Source: Emiliania huxleyi CCMP1516 (taxonomy: Eukaryota). From it: a stretch of 64,000 bases of DNA. The notes beneath the pieces were generated by a model. The model was not told where the DNA came from. It worked only from the letters and a program-made list of their open reading frames with translations, and ran no database searches. The stretch lies in the NCBI RefSeq assembly GCF_000372725.1, contig NW_005201123.1:1-64000 (forward strand), written 5' to 3'. A program made the translations under genes and the position numbers. Shown piece by piece: positions 29,193-40,795 of the stretch (the stretch's first letter is position 1; each line of letters begins with the position of its first letter).

Positions 29193-29405
29193 AACCCTTA
29201 AAAAAACTTATTGTGTGTTAGTCTCCCCCCATTCCCAGGGCCTCCAGGGCTCGCACCTCAACCTCTCACAGACCAGCGCACAGCGCCATCGGACGTATTT
29301 TCTTCTCAATAACAAGGCTGTGAACAAGACGCCGCACAGGCACGCTCGCTCGCCGCCTTGCGCTCGCCGCGTCGCTCTCTCCCTGCCCGATCCCCGCGAG
29401 TCCGC

Positions 29406-30209
29406 ATGGTGGGCGACACTTGGCAGCCGCCCGCGGTCGCCGCTTGCATTACCGGCCACGTTCGGACGCTCAGCATCACCGCGTCCAACATATTCGAGAC
29501 GATGATTGCGCCGATTCGTGATCATGTCGATGTATTCTCCGCCCTCAGTCCTGTGATTGATGATCGCTATCCGCCACGGAACGCATGGCATCCAAAATAT
29601 CAGAGCCAGACAGGCCCGAGGAAAAACAGCACGACGACGATGACGAAAGATCGCATTGAGCAGTGGATGCACATCTTCAGTCCGATCAGCGTGGACGTCG
29701 AGACGACCACGAACGAAAACGAAGGTCTTCATCGCTGCTTCCAGAAAGTGCAGCGGCGTGAACGGGAGCGCCACTCGCTCTATCGCTTCCTTCTGCGGCT
29801 GCGCCCGGACGTTGCGTACCAAACGCGGCTGCCCGAGTGGCCGGCGTGGTGGAATTTGGTTCGGCACGCAGAAAGTAGTCTAGCGCTCACCGACGTCAGC
29901 TCACCGAACACAAGCTGCTTCAAGGACGTGTGGTCGCTCATGACGCGGGCGGCGGCGGCGGCCTACTTTGCGCCCTCGTGGCCGCCGCCATGCGCTCCGC
30001 GAACAGCTACCGCCGCATGGTTGGGCACGGCCGAGTGCAGCCTTGGCTGTGCCTTGCACCGGGCCAACGTGACCGCGGTGGCTGTTCCGCTGCAGCGACT
30101 CATTGTGCGCCAGTGGCATGGCATGAGCCAGCTTCCAAAGTCCACGGCCAGCCTCCCACGACTCGCCTGGGACGCGAGTATCGGGGGAGATTCGAGGAGA
30201 TTTCGATAA
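29406..30209 (+). CDS. Intronless hypothetical protein, possibly glycosyltransferase-like (AxCxxGxxR...RxRPD type)
   Basis: AVAACITGHVRT, YRFLLRLRPD, DVWSLMTRAAAAAYF, AECSL. The function assignment rests on motif recollection only. Confidence 0.55.
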   Translation: MVGDTWQPPAVAACITGHVRTLSITASNIFETMIAPIRDHVDVFSALSPVIDDRYPPRNAWHPKYQSQTGPRKNSTTTMTKDRIEQWMHIFSPISVDVETTTNENEGLHRCFQKVQRRERERHSLYRFLLRLRPDVAYQTRLPEWPAWWNLVRHAESSLALTDVSSPNTSCFKDVWSLMTRAAAAAYFAPSWPPPCAPRTATAAWLGTAECSLGCALHRANVTAVAVPLQRLIVRQWHGMSQLPKSTASLPRLAWDASIGGDSRRFR

Positions 30210-31596
30210 CATCACACCGATATACCGCCTCGGTTGTGACCTTACCGTGCGTACTTTTAGTTACTCTCTCGAGCCCAACGACTAAACAAAAACGCGACAC
30301 ACGATCTGTGATCACCACCTTCCGTACATGACGACGCGCCCATTGTGGTGCTGGTGGTCCTGCGTTCCTCCGCGCGGCGGCGGCAGCGGCTGCAGCTCGC
30401 GGAGTGTGATGACGTTGACGACGCTCGACGCTCTCGTCGTCCACCATCTCGTCGTCGTCGTCGTACAGCGCGTCGTCGTCGTCGTCGTACTCATCGTCGA
30501 GCTCCTCGACGCGCGCGCAGCCATTTGTGAAGACCCCCCCCCCCCCCCCCCGCCCACGCGCCGACATGGGCGGGTCCCCAGTGTGGGGACGGGCGCTTCC
30601 CACGTTCGCGGACAAGGAGTCGTGCCCTATGATCTCCTTAAAGGCAAAACACAACATGATCTGCGGTTGGCAAAGGGGGCTTCACACTCACACTGACACA
30701 ACCTCGATCGAACCCCCCCCCCCCCCCCGGCCAAGCCCACTCGATCCCTACTCGAGTACAACCTACCTTTACTTGAGGCTTGCTTGTGAGCCCACATCTC
30801 CCTGCGAACTAGAATCTCCGCATTTTACCTCTCCAATGCCATCGCGCGATGACAGATGGTTGTCCTCGAATAAGGGGAAAACCCAACGGGCGCGGCACTT
30901 GGAGCACTTGCGACTTGGAGGCAGCAGGCAACCTCACATCCAGGGCCGGGGAATAAATCAGGAATAAATAAATAGAGCGGGCATCTCCAGGAGAGACGAT
31001 GGGCGACCCGCACGAACGTACAGAGGGCACAGTGCGCACCCCGCCCCGCTCGCAGGGCGTGCATCACACAGGTGGGCTGTGTGACTCGTCGGGGTCTCTG
31101 GGGACTCTTGACAGAGGTGTGCTAGTCGCTATAGTCGGACGGTTCCGGCACGTCTGATGGGCAGTTCGGGCTCGAGTGAGAGCCGCGGTCCGAGGGCAGG
31201 CGAGAGCACCCCGAGAGCAACCGAGAGCAACCGAGAGCAACCGAGAGCAACCCGAGATGACCCCAGTTGGCCCGAGGCCAGGCGAGAGCGCGCGAGATCA
31301 CCCGAGATTATCCGAGACCACCCGAGATTATCCGAGATCACCCGAGATTACCCGAGATTGCCCGAGATGGGACTGGGCTGCTGGTCGTCAGGCGTGGATA
31401 ATCTCGGGTCATCTCGGGTCATCTCGGGTCATCTCGGGTCATCTCGGGTCATCTCGGCTGCTGGTCGTCAGGCGTGGGCTCGCTCCACCGGCTACGGCCG
31501 GCTGCGCTGGGGGGGCTGGTGAGAGGCAGGGGCGGGCGAGAGGCAGCCTAGAGAGAGATGTGCCTCCCGCCGCCGCGGCCCCGGTCTAGGTTAACT

Positions 31597-31878
31597 TGAG
31601 CACTTGAGCACTGGATAGGGTCGATTCCGCATGGTACGGGACCCCTCGATCGTCTCGCCCTCCCTCACTGGTGTGTTCATTGGGGGGGGTCATAACAAAC
31701 ACGGTACAGGATCGAGGTGCACGCTGCCGAAGCAGTGTCGCCCCCCCTCTCCCCGACGGCGATGGCGGTGTGACCGATCGAGCTACAAGAGGAGCTTGTT
31801 CAGCAGGATCCGGGATAGTCTCGTGCACTACCTCACTGGGCCTGAGACCACAGAGCCAGCATCCCGTCACCGTCTCGG
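31597..31878 (-). mobile_element. Family B1 copy, 5'-truncated, with 9-bp TSD
   Basis: AGGTTAACT at 31588-31596 and 31879-31887 flanks the copy. Confidence 0.88.
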
Positions 31879-32943
31879 AGGTTAACTAAAGCGCAGCCAT
31901 TGGCAGCGCCATGCGGCTATGGCTGGCAGCGCTACGCGCGACGTCGGCACGCAGGGCGAGGGCGGGGAGGATGAGATCGAGGAGCGCTCAGTTGCTCACT
32001 CAGCTGCTCAGCGCAGGAGGACCGCCCGGTGGGCGTAGGTGGCGCAGGGGCAAGGGACGGAGCAAGGGCAGCAAGGGTAGGGGTAAGGGCATGCGGGGTT
32101 GGGGCAAAGACGGGGAGGGGAGGGCCTGGAACTTTTGTGCGCAGCCCGCAATCTTTCACAGCTCTGAACGCGAGGGCCTCCTGGCGGGTAGGCGGCGTGG
32201 GGCGTGGACGGAAGCGACCTGTGACGCCACCAGTCGAACTCTGACTCACGGCCAATGCCCACGCGGCGAAGTACTGGTGCATACCTGTCGGCGTTCCTCC
32301 TCTCTGCCGCGCTCTTTCGCATGCACATCGACGAGGAGGCGGGTCACAGAGCTCTCAGCGCCGCGGTCACCCTCGCTGCCGCTGCCGTGGTGATGTACGC
32401 CGCATTTTTCGCCCTGTCGATGTACTTTGTCGCGGTGCGCTTCCGGCGCCCTCGTTGTCTCTTGGAGCCCGATTTGACGGCACCCTCCCTTGTTTCAGAC
32501 AAAGCTGCCGCACGCTGCCGACAACATATCTTCGCCGCCGCCACGCCGGAGGGAGGTGACCGCGCAGCGATTACCCTCGTGCGGGATATCACATTGAGCA
32601 TGTGCATGGTGTGACTCTCTGCGTTTGGGTATGGTGTGTGTGTGTTGGCCGCGCGTGCAAGCGCCAAGTCCCAAGAGGACTTCGAGCCACGGTGTGCAGA
32701 GGGGTGTACAAGCTGCTACGTAAGCTCTCGGTTGTACCGTAGGCGTAGGCCGTACGGTATGTTTGGTAGTGACTCTGGTTCCTGGCGGTTAGAGGAGTTA
32801 CGGCCCCTAGACAGGTTGATCACGAGTCACAGGGCCGCCACAGCGCGCGCGGCGAATGCCCAGCGTCGGTCTGCACTTCGCGCGCGCCGCCCAGCGAGCT
32901 CAGCGTCCTCCTCTCAGAGGCCACTGACTCTATGTTTCGTCGC

Positions 32944-34995
32944 TCATCTCAGCGCGCCCCACGGCCCGGTCTTGCTCGCGACGCGGCCGAGCGCCATGAC
33001 GACCTGCATGCCGAAGCAAGCCGCGAGCGACGCCCACACCGCGAGCAGGCCGCTGCCAAAGACCTGGCGCGAGAGGAGCAGCACGAGCACCGCGCTCGAG
33101 GCCCACATAGCGGCAGTCGAGCCGATCCAGTCGCGCCCGCCCATGAGCACGGCGTTGGCGGGGTACGCGAGGCCCTTGAGCACCTGCGAGATGCACCGCG
33201 CGATGAGCCGAGCGGAGCCGAGATAGATGTGCCGAGAGGAGCCGAGAGGAGCCGAGAGGAGCCGAGAGGAGCCGAGAGGAGCCGAGAGGAGCCGAGAGGA
33301 GCCGAGAGGAGCCGAGAGGAGCCGAGAGGAGCCGAGAGGAGCCGAGAGGAGCCAAGAGGAGCCGAGAGGAGCCGAGAGGAGCCGAGAGGAGCACCTGCGT
33401 GATCAGCACCGCCGGCATGACGGCGATCGCCGCCGCGCGCACCTCGGCCGACGTGGTCAGAATGCCGACCGCAGTGCCGCGTACAGACCACGTCGCTATC
33501 GACAGGGCGGCGGCGAGGCCTCCCCCGAGCTGCAGCCCCCGCCGCAGCACAAACCGCGCGCCCGCCACGCACTGCGCCGCCTCGGCGGCGGTAGCGGCGG
33601 TAGCGGCGGTAGCGGCGGCGGAGGCGGCGGAGGCGGCGGAGGCGGCGGAGGCGGCGGAGGCGGCGGAGGCGGCGGGCGGCGAGCCCTCGTCGCCCTCGTC
33701 GCCCTCGTCGCCGCCCCGAGGAGGCAGCAGGGCAGAGCGCCTGTTCAGCTCGCGAGACAGCAGCGCCTGCATCGCCAGCGAGACAGCCTCGCACAGCTGC
33801 GTCGTCGCCACGCCCAGCTGGAAGGTCAGCGCGTACGCCGCAGCGGGCACCGAACCGAGCGACGCCGCCGCGCGCGCGGCGTAAGAGTACCCCCACAGCT
33901 TGCCAACCGTGCGCACGTAGATGGCGGAGCCAGCGCCCAGGTACCCTCGCGCCGCGGCGCTCAGAGCGGCGGGCGGTGGCAACCGCACGCCGCGCCCTTT
34001 GCTGCCGCCTTCGCGAGCGAGCCTCCGCAGCAGCAGGAGTAGCAGCGGCAGGGCGGAGACATAGTTCGCCGCCGCCGTCGCGGCGGCCGCGCCCGAGCAG
34101 CCGAGGCCGCACCCGAAGATGAGAATCGGGTCGAGGGCCTAGCGTGCGAATACGCCGATGTCGGGGCGTGAAGACGGTATCGCGCAGTGCGTTGACAGCA
34201 CCGCGTGAATACGAGGGCAGCGGAGACAGCGGGACACCGCGCGCAGTACAGCGGAGTACGCGTCTGAGCGGCGGTTTGAATACAACGCCATGTCTCACGG
34301 GCTCTAGGGCCGCGGGCCGCGTTGACGGCGGCGCCCGCGAGCGTACAGAGCAGCGGCGTGAGAGTGTCGCCGAGCCCGCGGTACAGCCCCTGCATCACGA
34401 GCTGGAGCGTCACCGCGGGCGCGCCGATCGAGCGGAGGCGCAGGTACGCCGCGGCGGGCGCGGCGAGGGGGGACCCCGCGGAGGCACCAAAGCCGGCGAC
34501 AATCTTTGGGGCAAAGGCCGTGAAGACAGCCGTCTGGACGAGGCCCAAGAAGAGCGCGAGAGCGAGCGCGGCGATGACGGAGGAGAGGAGCGCGTCGCCC
34601 TCGGCGCCGGCGACGAGCGACGTCGACGTCTTGGTCAGCGGGTCGCCGAAGAGCTTCGCGATTGAATAGGTGGCGGCGATGCCGATGCCGGCGGCGCCGA
34701 GCTCCGCCGCACCGAGCCTGCCGAGGTAGAGCGTGTCGACGAGCGAGAGGAGGTTCTCACACGAGAGCGCTGCCAGGGACGGCAGCGCGATCGAGCGCAG
34801 CTCACGGTCGAGCGTGCGCCGCCGCTGGGGTGGCGGCAGCAGAGCCGGTGGCAGCTGCGCGGCGTCGTCGGCGTCGCTGGCGGCGAGAGCGCGCGCTGGA
34901 AGCGAGACGCGAACGGTCTGCACTGCACGCGCGAGGCGCGGGCGGTGGAGGGCTGGCGCGTGCGCCGCGACCGCGAGGAGTGCGAGGAGAGGCAT
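32944..34995 (-). CDS. MATE (DinF-like) transporter with an N-terminal presequence, 3 exons
   Basis: IALPSLAALSCENLLSLVDTLYLGRLG, YLRLRSIGAPA, QGLYRGLGDTLTPL, N|ALDPILIF, GCSGAAAAT, ANAVLMGGRDW. Confidence 0.93.
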
Positions 34996-35088
34996 TATAA
35001 TGTCTATGGCCGTGCTGCACGCGGCGAGTAGCGGCGGCAAACCCGGAAAGTGGGTCAAAAATGACCAGACTCACGTGTAGGCGCGTAT

Positions 35089-35460
35089 CTTGAGCACTTG
35101 AGCACTGGATAGGGTCGATTCCGCATGGTACGGGACCCCTCGATCGTCTCGCCCACCCTCACTGGTGTGTTCATTGGGGGGGGTCATAACAAACACGGTA
35201 CAGGATCGAGGTGCACGCTGCCGAAGCAGTGTCGTCCCCCCTCTCCCCGACGGCGATGGCGGTGTGACCGATCGAGCTACAAGAGGAGCTTGTTCAGCAG
35301 GATCCGAGTTAGACCGGTGCACTACCTCACTGGGCCTGAGATCACCGGAACGCTTCTCGTCACCGTCTCGGGTTTGTGTGGGATCGAACCACTCCGGAAT
35401 GGGCAAGCCCATCGTTCGCTGGATTGTGCCTTTCCCTCACCTGCAGGGGACAGCCGAGGG
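35089..35460 (-). mobile_element. Longest family B1 copy, containing a B-box/T-arm-like motif
   Basis: Minus strand reads GTGG-TTCGATC-CCAC at 35378-35392. Same 3' tail as the other copies. Confidence 0.75.
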
Positions 35461-35935
35461 TACACCGTGCGCCGTGTCGGCCGGACCGGGCCCGGTGGAG
35501 GAGGGGGAAGGGGGGGAGGGGGGGGGGGGAGCGGGGGCTCTTCCAGGTGAGAAAAAGGCAGGCATAGCAACTTTGACACGTACTACCGAAGCAAACAACG
35601 TACCCCGACCCGCGCCAGCTTTTCGTCTGCGTCCCCCCCATCGTCCCCTCCCCATCACACGCTTAGTGCCCGAGTCCGGCCGCCCACCCTCACGCCGGGC
35701 AGCCTTCCTCTGGTTGCGCGTTTTCTCGCGCTTACTCCTCGGAAACCTCCTCTCACCCCCACCCCCCGCAACAAAACAGTCACGATCATCACCTCCGAGG
35801 TGGCCACTTACCCAGAGATCAAAAACGCTCGGCCTGGAGCGAAAAAAGCAAGCGAGTGGTTATTGTAACTGGTATTCTCGATTACCGCGGTACACCAACT
35901 AACTCGTACACGTATACGTAAGTAAACCCCCGCCG

Positions 35936-36532
35936 ATGCCCCCTCTTTCTCCCCGCCCGCAGCTATGGCGACACACCTCAGGAGGTATCGCGGGGCAGAG
36001 ATGGCTGCTCGAGGTGGAGAGCAAAGCCGCGGATCGGATCACCCTTTTCGAGCGGATGCATTCATTACGTTTGTGCCGCGTCCCGTGCCCCCGAGTTCAT
36101 TTTATATGCATTCATTACCTCCTGCGGGACTGGGGCTGGGAGCCCTTCGCGACCATTGACGTGGGCGACGAACTTGACCATCAGGACTCGGGGCGCGTTT
36201 ACCGATTCGGCGAGGGATTCGACGGGGATTTCGAATACGTCTCGTTCGACGACGCCGCGCTCGCCTCGATGTTTCGCTTCCGCGTGTACCGCTGGTCTGC
36301 TCGCGGGCGGTGGCTCGGCGTGCGGCTCGGGTCTGGTGTGCTCTCGGTGGTCGTCTACTGGATCCTTCGCATCCTGCTGTTCATCTATTTGGTGATCGGC
36401 GTGCCAGTGGCCCTCGTGCTAACCCCTGTGACCGTTTTCCTGAACTTCTGCCTCCACGCCCATGCAGCACGGCGTTTACCTCAGGTGTGGACGGACGACA
36501 ATCAGGACGGAACGGAACAGGCCGTAAGATAA
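35936..36532 (+). CDS. Hypothetical membrane protein (possibly pseudogene); 5' part duplicated in inverted orientation at 43905-44305
   Basis: 198-aa ORF with hydrophobic C-terminus VLSVVVYWILRILLFIYLVIGVPVALVL. Confidence 0.4.
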   Translation: MPPLSPRPQLWRHTSGGIAGQRWLLEVESKAADRITLFERMHSLRLCRVPCPRVHFICIHYLLRDWGWEPFATIDVGDELDHQDSGRVYRFGEGFDGDFEYVSFDDAALASMFRFRVYRWSARGRWLGVRLGSGVLSVVVYWILRILLFIYLVIGVPVALVLTPVTVFLNFCLHAHAARRLPQVWTDDNQDGTEQAVR

Positions 36533-36856
36533 GGGGCTAGGGTAAGGTGGAGAGCACGGCGCCGCCTGCTCTTTGGGCCAATCCCCGCCGAGGACTGCCA
36601 GTGCGACTATTGAGCACCCGGGCCCTCCGTGTGCTGATGATTTCGTGACCCCCCGGCCCCGCAAACTCGAAACTGTCGAGCCTCCAGCTCTCTCTACCCC
36701 CCCCCCCCCCCTCAACTCTACACGAGTTTCCGCCAGGCGACGAGGCGAGCTCGCTACACGAAAACACGAGAGGCGCTCTATTGGCAACATGACTAGCCAC
36801 ATGCAAGTCTTTTACGGTATTTTGTGAAGGTGATAGGTGAAAAAAGTGTGTGGAAT

Positions 36857-37400
36857 TCAAACAATCACATGGTTGCGTTGCGTTCTACTCGCATGCCACA
36901 AACGCGAGCCCCGCTCGGTTGACGCATGACGGTTCGTCGTTGCCACATGCCTGGCGGGCTGAGCTGCCAACGAGCGGATGGCGCAACCTTCTCTCAGCTC
37001 GGCGTGAAATTGTGAGGAAATCGATGGCGCAGCTCCAGCTCCAGCATGCTCTTTAGCCGGGGCCACAAAATCCGTGGGCGCAGCGTCCACGAGTGAGCGC
37101 AGCTTCGCGCCGACGCAGTGTCGCAGAAGGTAGCGCACGGTCGATGGATCAAGCCACAAGCACACTCGCTGGCTGCCCAGCGTATCGTTCGGAACCACCC
37201 CTCTCCGACGGAGAAAACGGTTGAGCAGGCACTCGGGCGGCACGTCCGCGCGCGCCCCGCCGCTCCGGGCCATGTACTTTGGTGGGCAGAAGGGTGCGTA
37301 CGCTTCTCGCGGCACGCAGGCCTCGACTTCCGGATGGGCGTTGAAGTACAGAGCTGCGACCGAGCGCGGCATGATGCCCAGCATGTCATGCACCTGGCGC
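36857..37400 (-). pseudogene. C-terminal exon or fragment, probably of the same family as the 29406 ORF
   Basis: VHDMLGIMPRSVAALYF...PPECLLNRFL parallels DVWSLMTRAAAAAYF...AECSL. It starts at a CCAG acceptor and no upstream exon was found. Confidence 0.45.
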
Positions 37401-38331
37401 AGGGGCGTGCGGGCGGGCGTGGACAGATGATGACGACACGCACGAGCGACACACAGACACAAACAAGCTCACAAGACACACAGCCAGCGGGCTGCCACAC
37501 ACCCTGAGTCGGCGTACACATAACTCAGGGCCACATCCTCCCTGTCGCCCCCCCCAGCACTCCACGGTGCCAAGGGCACAAACAAGGGCACAACTCAAAC
37601 AACAGACGACAGGAAGTGACATGCGAGGCTAGAGCAGGCTTGCTCTACCTCCAGCAATCTCTCCGGCCGGCGAGGCACGGACGAGACCGTGTGTGGGGTC
37701 TAAGTGAGGTGTCTATGGACGCTCTCCTCACGGGCTAGCTGCCTGCGGCTAGCCCTAATCTCGCACTCACGGGCAGTGACAATTCAATGGGTGAGTGTTT
37801 GCGAGCAGAGGCGCGTGGGCTAAATCTAGGCCGCACGTCGTGGCACTATGACGAAGTTAGACGTGCGGCCGCAGCGCGCCCGCCGCAGGCTCGGCGGTGC
37901 GCGCGTGTTAGCGAGCAAGTTGCGGGTGGAGCCATGCCCGACTTTTCGAAGGTGAGGCCTCTGCGACGAGTGCCAGCCGCGCTGCGGAGCCACACCCTTC
38001 GAGCCGCGTCCCGTCGGCACTGTCCCCGAGTAGTCCCGCCTTGGCGGCACACACTCTCGACCAGGACAGTCCGGCCTCCGGGAACGTGTCGCACGCCGGC
38101 GACGATTGCGGCGTGGTCGTTTTGAAGCGAAGATGGCACGACCACCACCCTGCTTCGCAGACCGGGCAAGGAGGGGGCTGCTCCCGTTCCGCGAGGAACA
38201 GGAGGTCTCCCCCCCTCCCCCGGCCTGAGCAGCGGCGGATGGAAGGCAGCCCCGACAAGCTGTGAGAAAAAAGAAAAGCGCGGGTTTTTCAGAGGCGAAG
38301 AACAGTCAGCCGCCCCGGCCTGGACGCCGCG

Positions 38332-40445
38332 ATGCAGGAGGAAGCACCCCGTGAGGTGCCAGAGGCAGTCATCGCGGCGGAGGCCGGCAGCCTTCCCGAA
38401 TCGGTGTGGACAGCGGCGAGACGAGGCGAAAAGTTGGCGCTGTTGGTGTGGCTTGCGAGCGGCGGGCAGGTCAATGCAACTCGCGGGGGCGACACCGCGC
38501 TGATGACCGCCGCCTCCAACGGCCACGTGCCAGCGGTCGAGCTGCTGCTGCAGCGCGGCGCGGAGGTCGACTTGCAGGGCGACGGCTGGACCGCGCTGAT
38601 GTACGCCGCCAGCACCGGCCACGCGCGGGTGGTCGACCTGCTGCTGCAGCGCGGCGCGGCGGTCGACCTGCAGGACTGCGACGGCACTACCGCGCTGATG
38701 GCCGCCGCCGACAGAGGCCACGAGCGGGTGGTCGAGCTGCTGCTGCGAGGGGCGGAGGTCAACAAGCAGGACTGCGACGGCGAAACTGCGCTGATGTACG
38801 CAGCCAGCCAAGGCCACGAGCGAGTGATCGACCTGCTGCTTCAGCGCGGTGCGGAGATCAACAAGCAGACCATCTACGGCGGCACCGCACTGGCAACGGC
38901 AACACCGCCATCGTGCTCCGCCTGCTGCGGGCGGGCGCGGATACAAAGCTGCGCGCTGAGAACGGGAAGTCCGCGCTGCAGTATGCCAAGGAGGAGGGTC
39001 ACAGCGCGTGCGTCGACGCTTTCCGGCAGCACATCGCGGAGGTGACTGCGAGCCAGCGCGAGGCGGCAGCCGGCGGCGTGGGCGGCGCTTCCTCCGGCGA
39101 GGCGGCGGCGGGAGCGGGGGCCGCGGCCTCTTCCGGCTCGCTGTCCGCCCTGCCTCACCCTGTTTGCCTCCATGAATTTGCTATCGACGGACTTGCTCGA
39201 GCAGCTCTCCACGGCGACGAGGCGGCGCTGCTGGCGTGGCTTGACAGCGGCGGGCGGGTCAATGCGACCTTCGGGGTGGTGTACGCGGCGAACGAGGCTT
39301 CCGGCATTACCGCGTTGATGGGCGCCGCCCGCAACGGCCACGAGCCAGCGGTCGAGCTGCTGCTGCAGCGCGGGGCAGAGATCAACCTGCAGGACAGCAG
39401 CGGCCACACCGCGCTGATGCTCGCCGCCAGCAATGGCCACGAGCGGGTGGTCGAGCTGCTGATTCAGCGCGGCGCGGAGGTCGACAAGCCGGACAGCGAT
39501 GGCCGCACCGCGCTCATTGACGCCGCCAGCAACGGCCACGAGCGGGTGGTCGACTTGCTGATGCAGCACGGCGCGGAGATCAACCTGCAGACTAGCGACG
39601 GCGGCACCGCGCTGATGGCCGCCGCCACCAACGGCCACGAGCGGGTGGTCGACTTGCTGATGCAGCGCGGCGCGGAGGTCAACAAGCAGAACAGCGACGG
39701 CGGCACCGCGCTCATAGACGCCGCACTCAGCGATTCCCCCGCCATCGTGCTCCGCCTGCTGCGGGCGGGCGCAGACACGGCGCTGCGCGCTGAGAACGGC
39801 AAGTCCGCGCTGCAGATGGCCAAGGAGAGGGGCCACGCCGGGTGCGTGCGCGCCCTCGAGGAGCATGCGGCGGCGGAGGCGGTGGCGGAGGCAGCGGCGA
39901 GGGATGCAGAGAGAGCGGCGGCAGAGGCGGAGGCGGCGCGGCATGCCGAGGCGCTGCTGGCGGAGGAGGAGGCGGAGAAGGAGGGGGAGCGCGCCAAGGA
40001 GAGCAAGAAGGGGAAGAAGAAGAAGAAGAAGAAGGGGAAGGGCGGCGGGGGCGGCGCTGGGCCCTCGCAGGTGCCCGAGGATGGGGCAGCGCTGGCGGCG
40101 GCGGAGGAGGCGGAGTTGGCGGCGGCGCTCGAGGAGAGCGCGAGGCTGGAGGAGGAGAGGCGGGCGCCCGACGAGCAGGGGTCGTCCTCCTTGGCTGCAG
40201 AGAGGCCGCCTTTGGTGGAGGAGGAGGAGCCGCCGGCCGACTTCATCTGCCCGATCACGACCGAGGTCATGAGCGACCCGGTGATGGCGGCGGACGGGCA
40301 CGCCTACGAGCGGACGGCGATGGAGCGCTGGCTCGCGACCAAGTCGACGAGCCCGATGACGGGCGAGGCGCTCGAGTACACGGGGCTCTTCCCGCACCAC
40401 ATGCTGCGCAGGCAGATCCGAGAGTGGCAAGAGGCAGGACGGTAG
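38332..40445 (+). pseudogene. Ankyrin-repeat plus U-box E3 ligase with a frameshift near 38895
   Basis: Many TALMxAAxxGHxxVVxLLLxxGAxV repeats and C-terminal PPADFICPITTEVMSDPVMAADGHAYER. The reading frame switches between the ORFs at 38332 and 38406. Confidence 0.88.
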
Positions 40446-40795
40446 GTTTGTGTGGCGTTTGTGAAGGCGGGTTTCGAGGAGAGCGCGAGGCTGGAGGACG
40501 AGGCGACCGCGCGCAACGAAGGAGCAGGCGCCTCCCGCCGAATCTGCCGGCGACCCTCCGCCGAGTGAGGAGGGCATAACTTAGTCACCCGCGCCCAAGA
40601 AGCGCAAGATCCAGAACCACGCCAGCCTGCAGCTTTTGTGCCGCCCAAGGCATATTGCCTAGTGTTGTGTGAGAGCGTTGTTGTAAAACATTCCTTTCTT
40701 TCACAGGGGGTACCCAAGAAACGGAAATGTCGGGATCCGAAAAGAAATGGAAAACAAAACGACAAAGACTAGTCGAAAGTGATCCCTCGATCTGC

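Noticed and set aside
31911..32614. ORFs with a hydrophobic stretch (32255-32614)
   Set aside because: Possibly a gene fragment, but no family is recognisable and support is too weak to call.
35378..35393. Possible tRNA gene
   Set aside because: Only a T-arm-like hairpin is present; no acceptor stem, D-arm or anticodon arm could be built.
38874..40577. 567-aa minus-strand repetitive ORF
   Set aside because: Antisense shadow of the ankyrin repeats.
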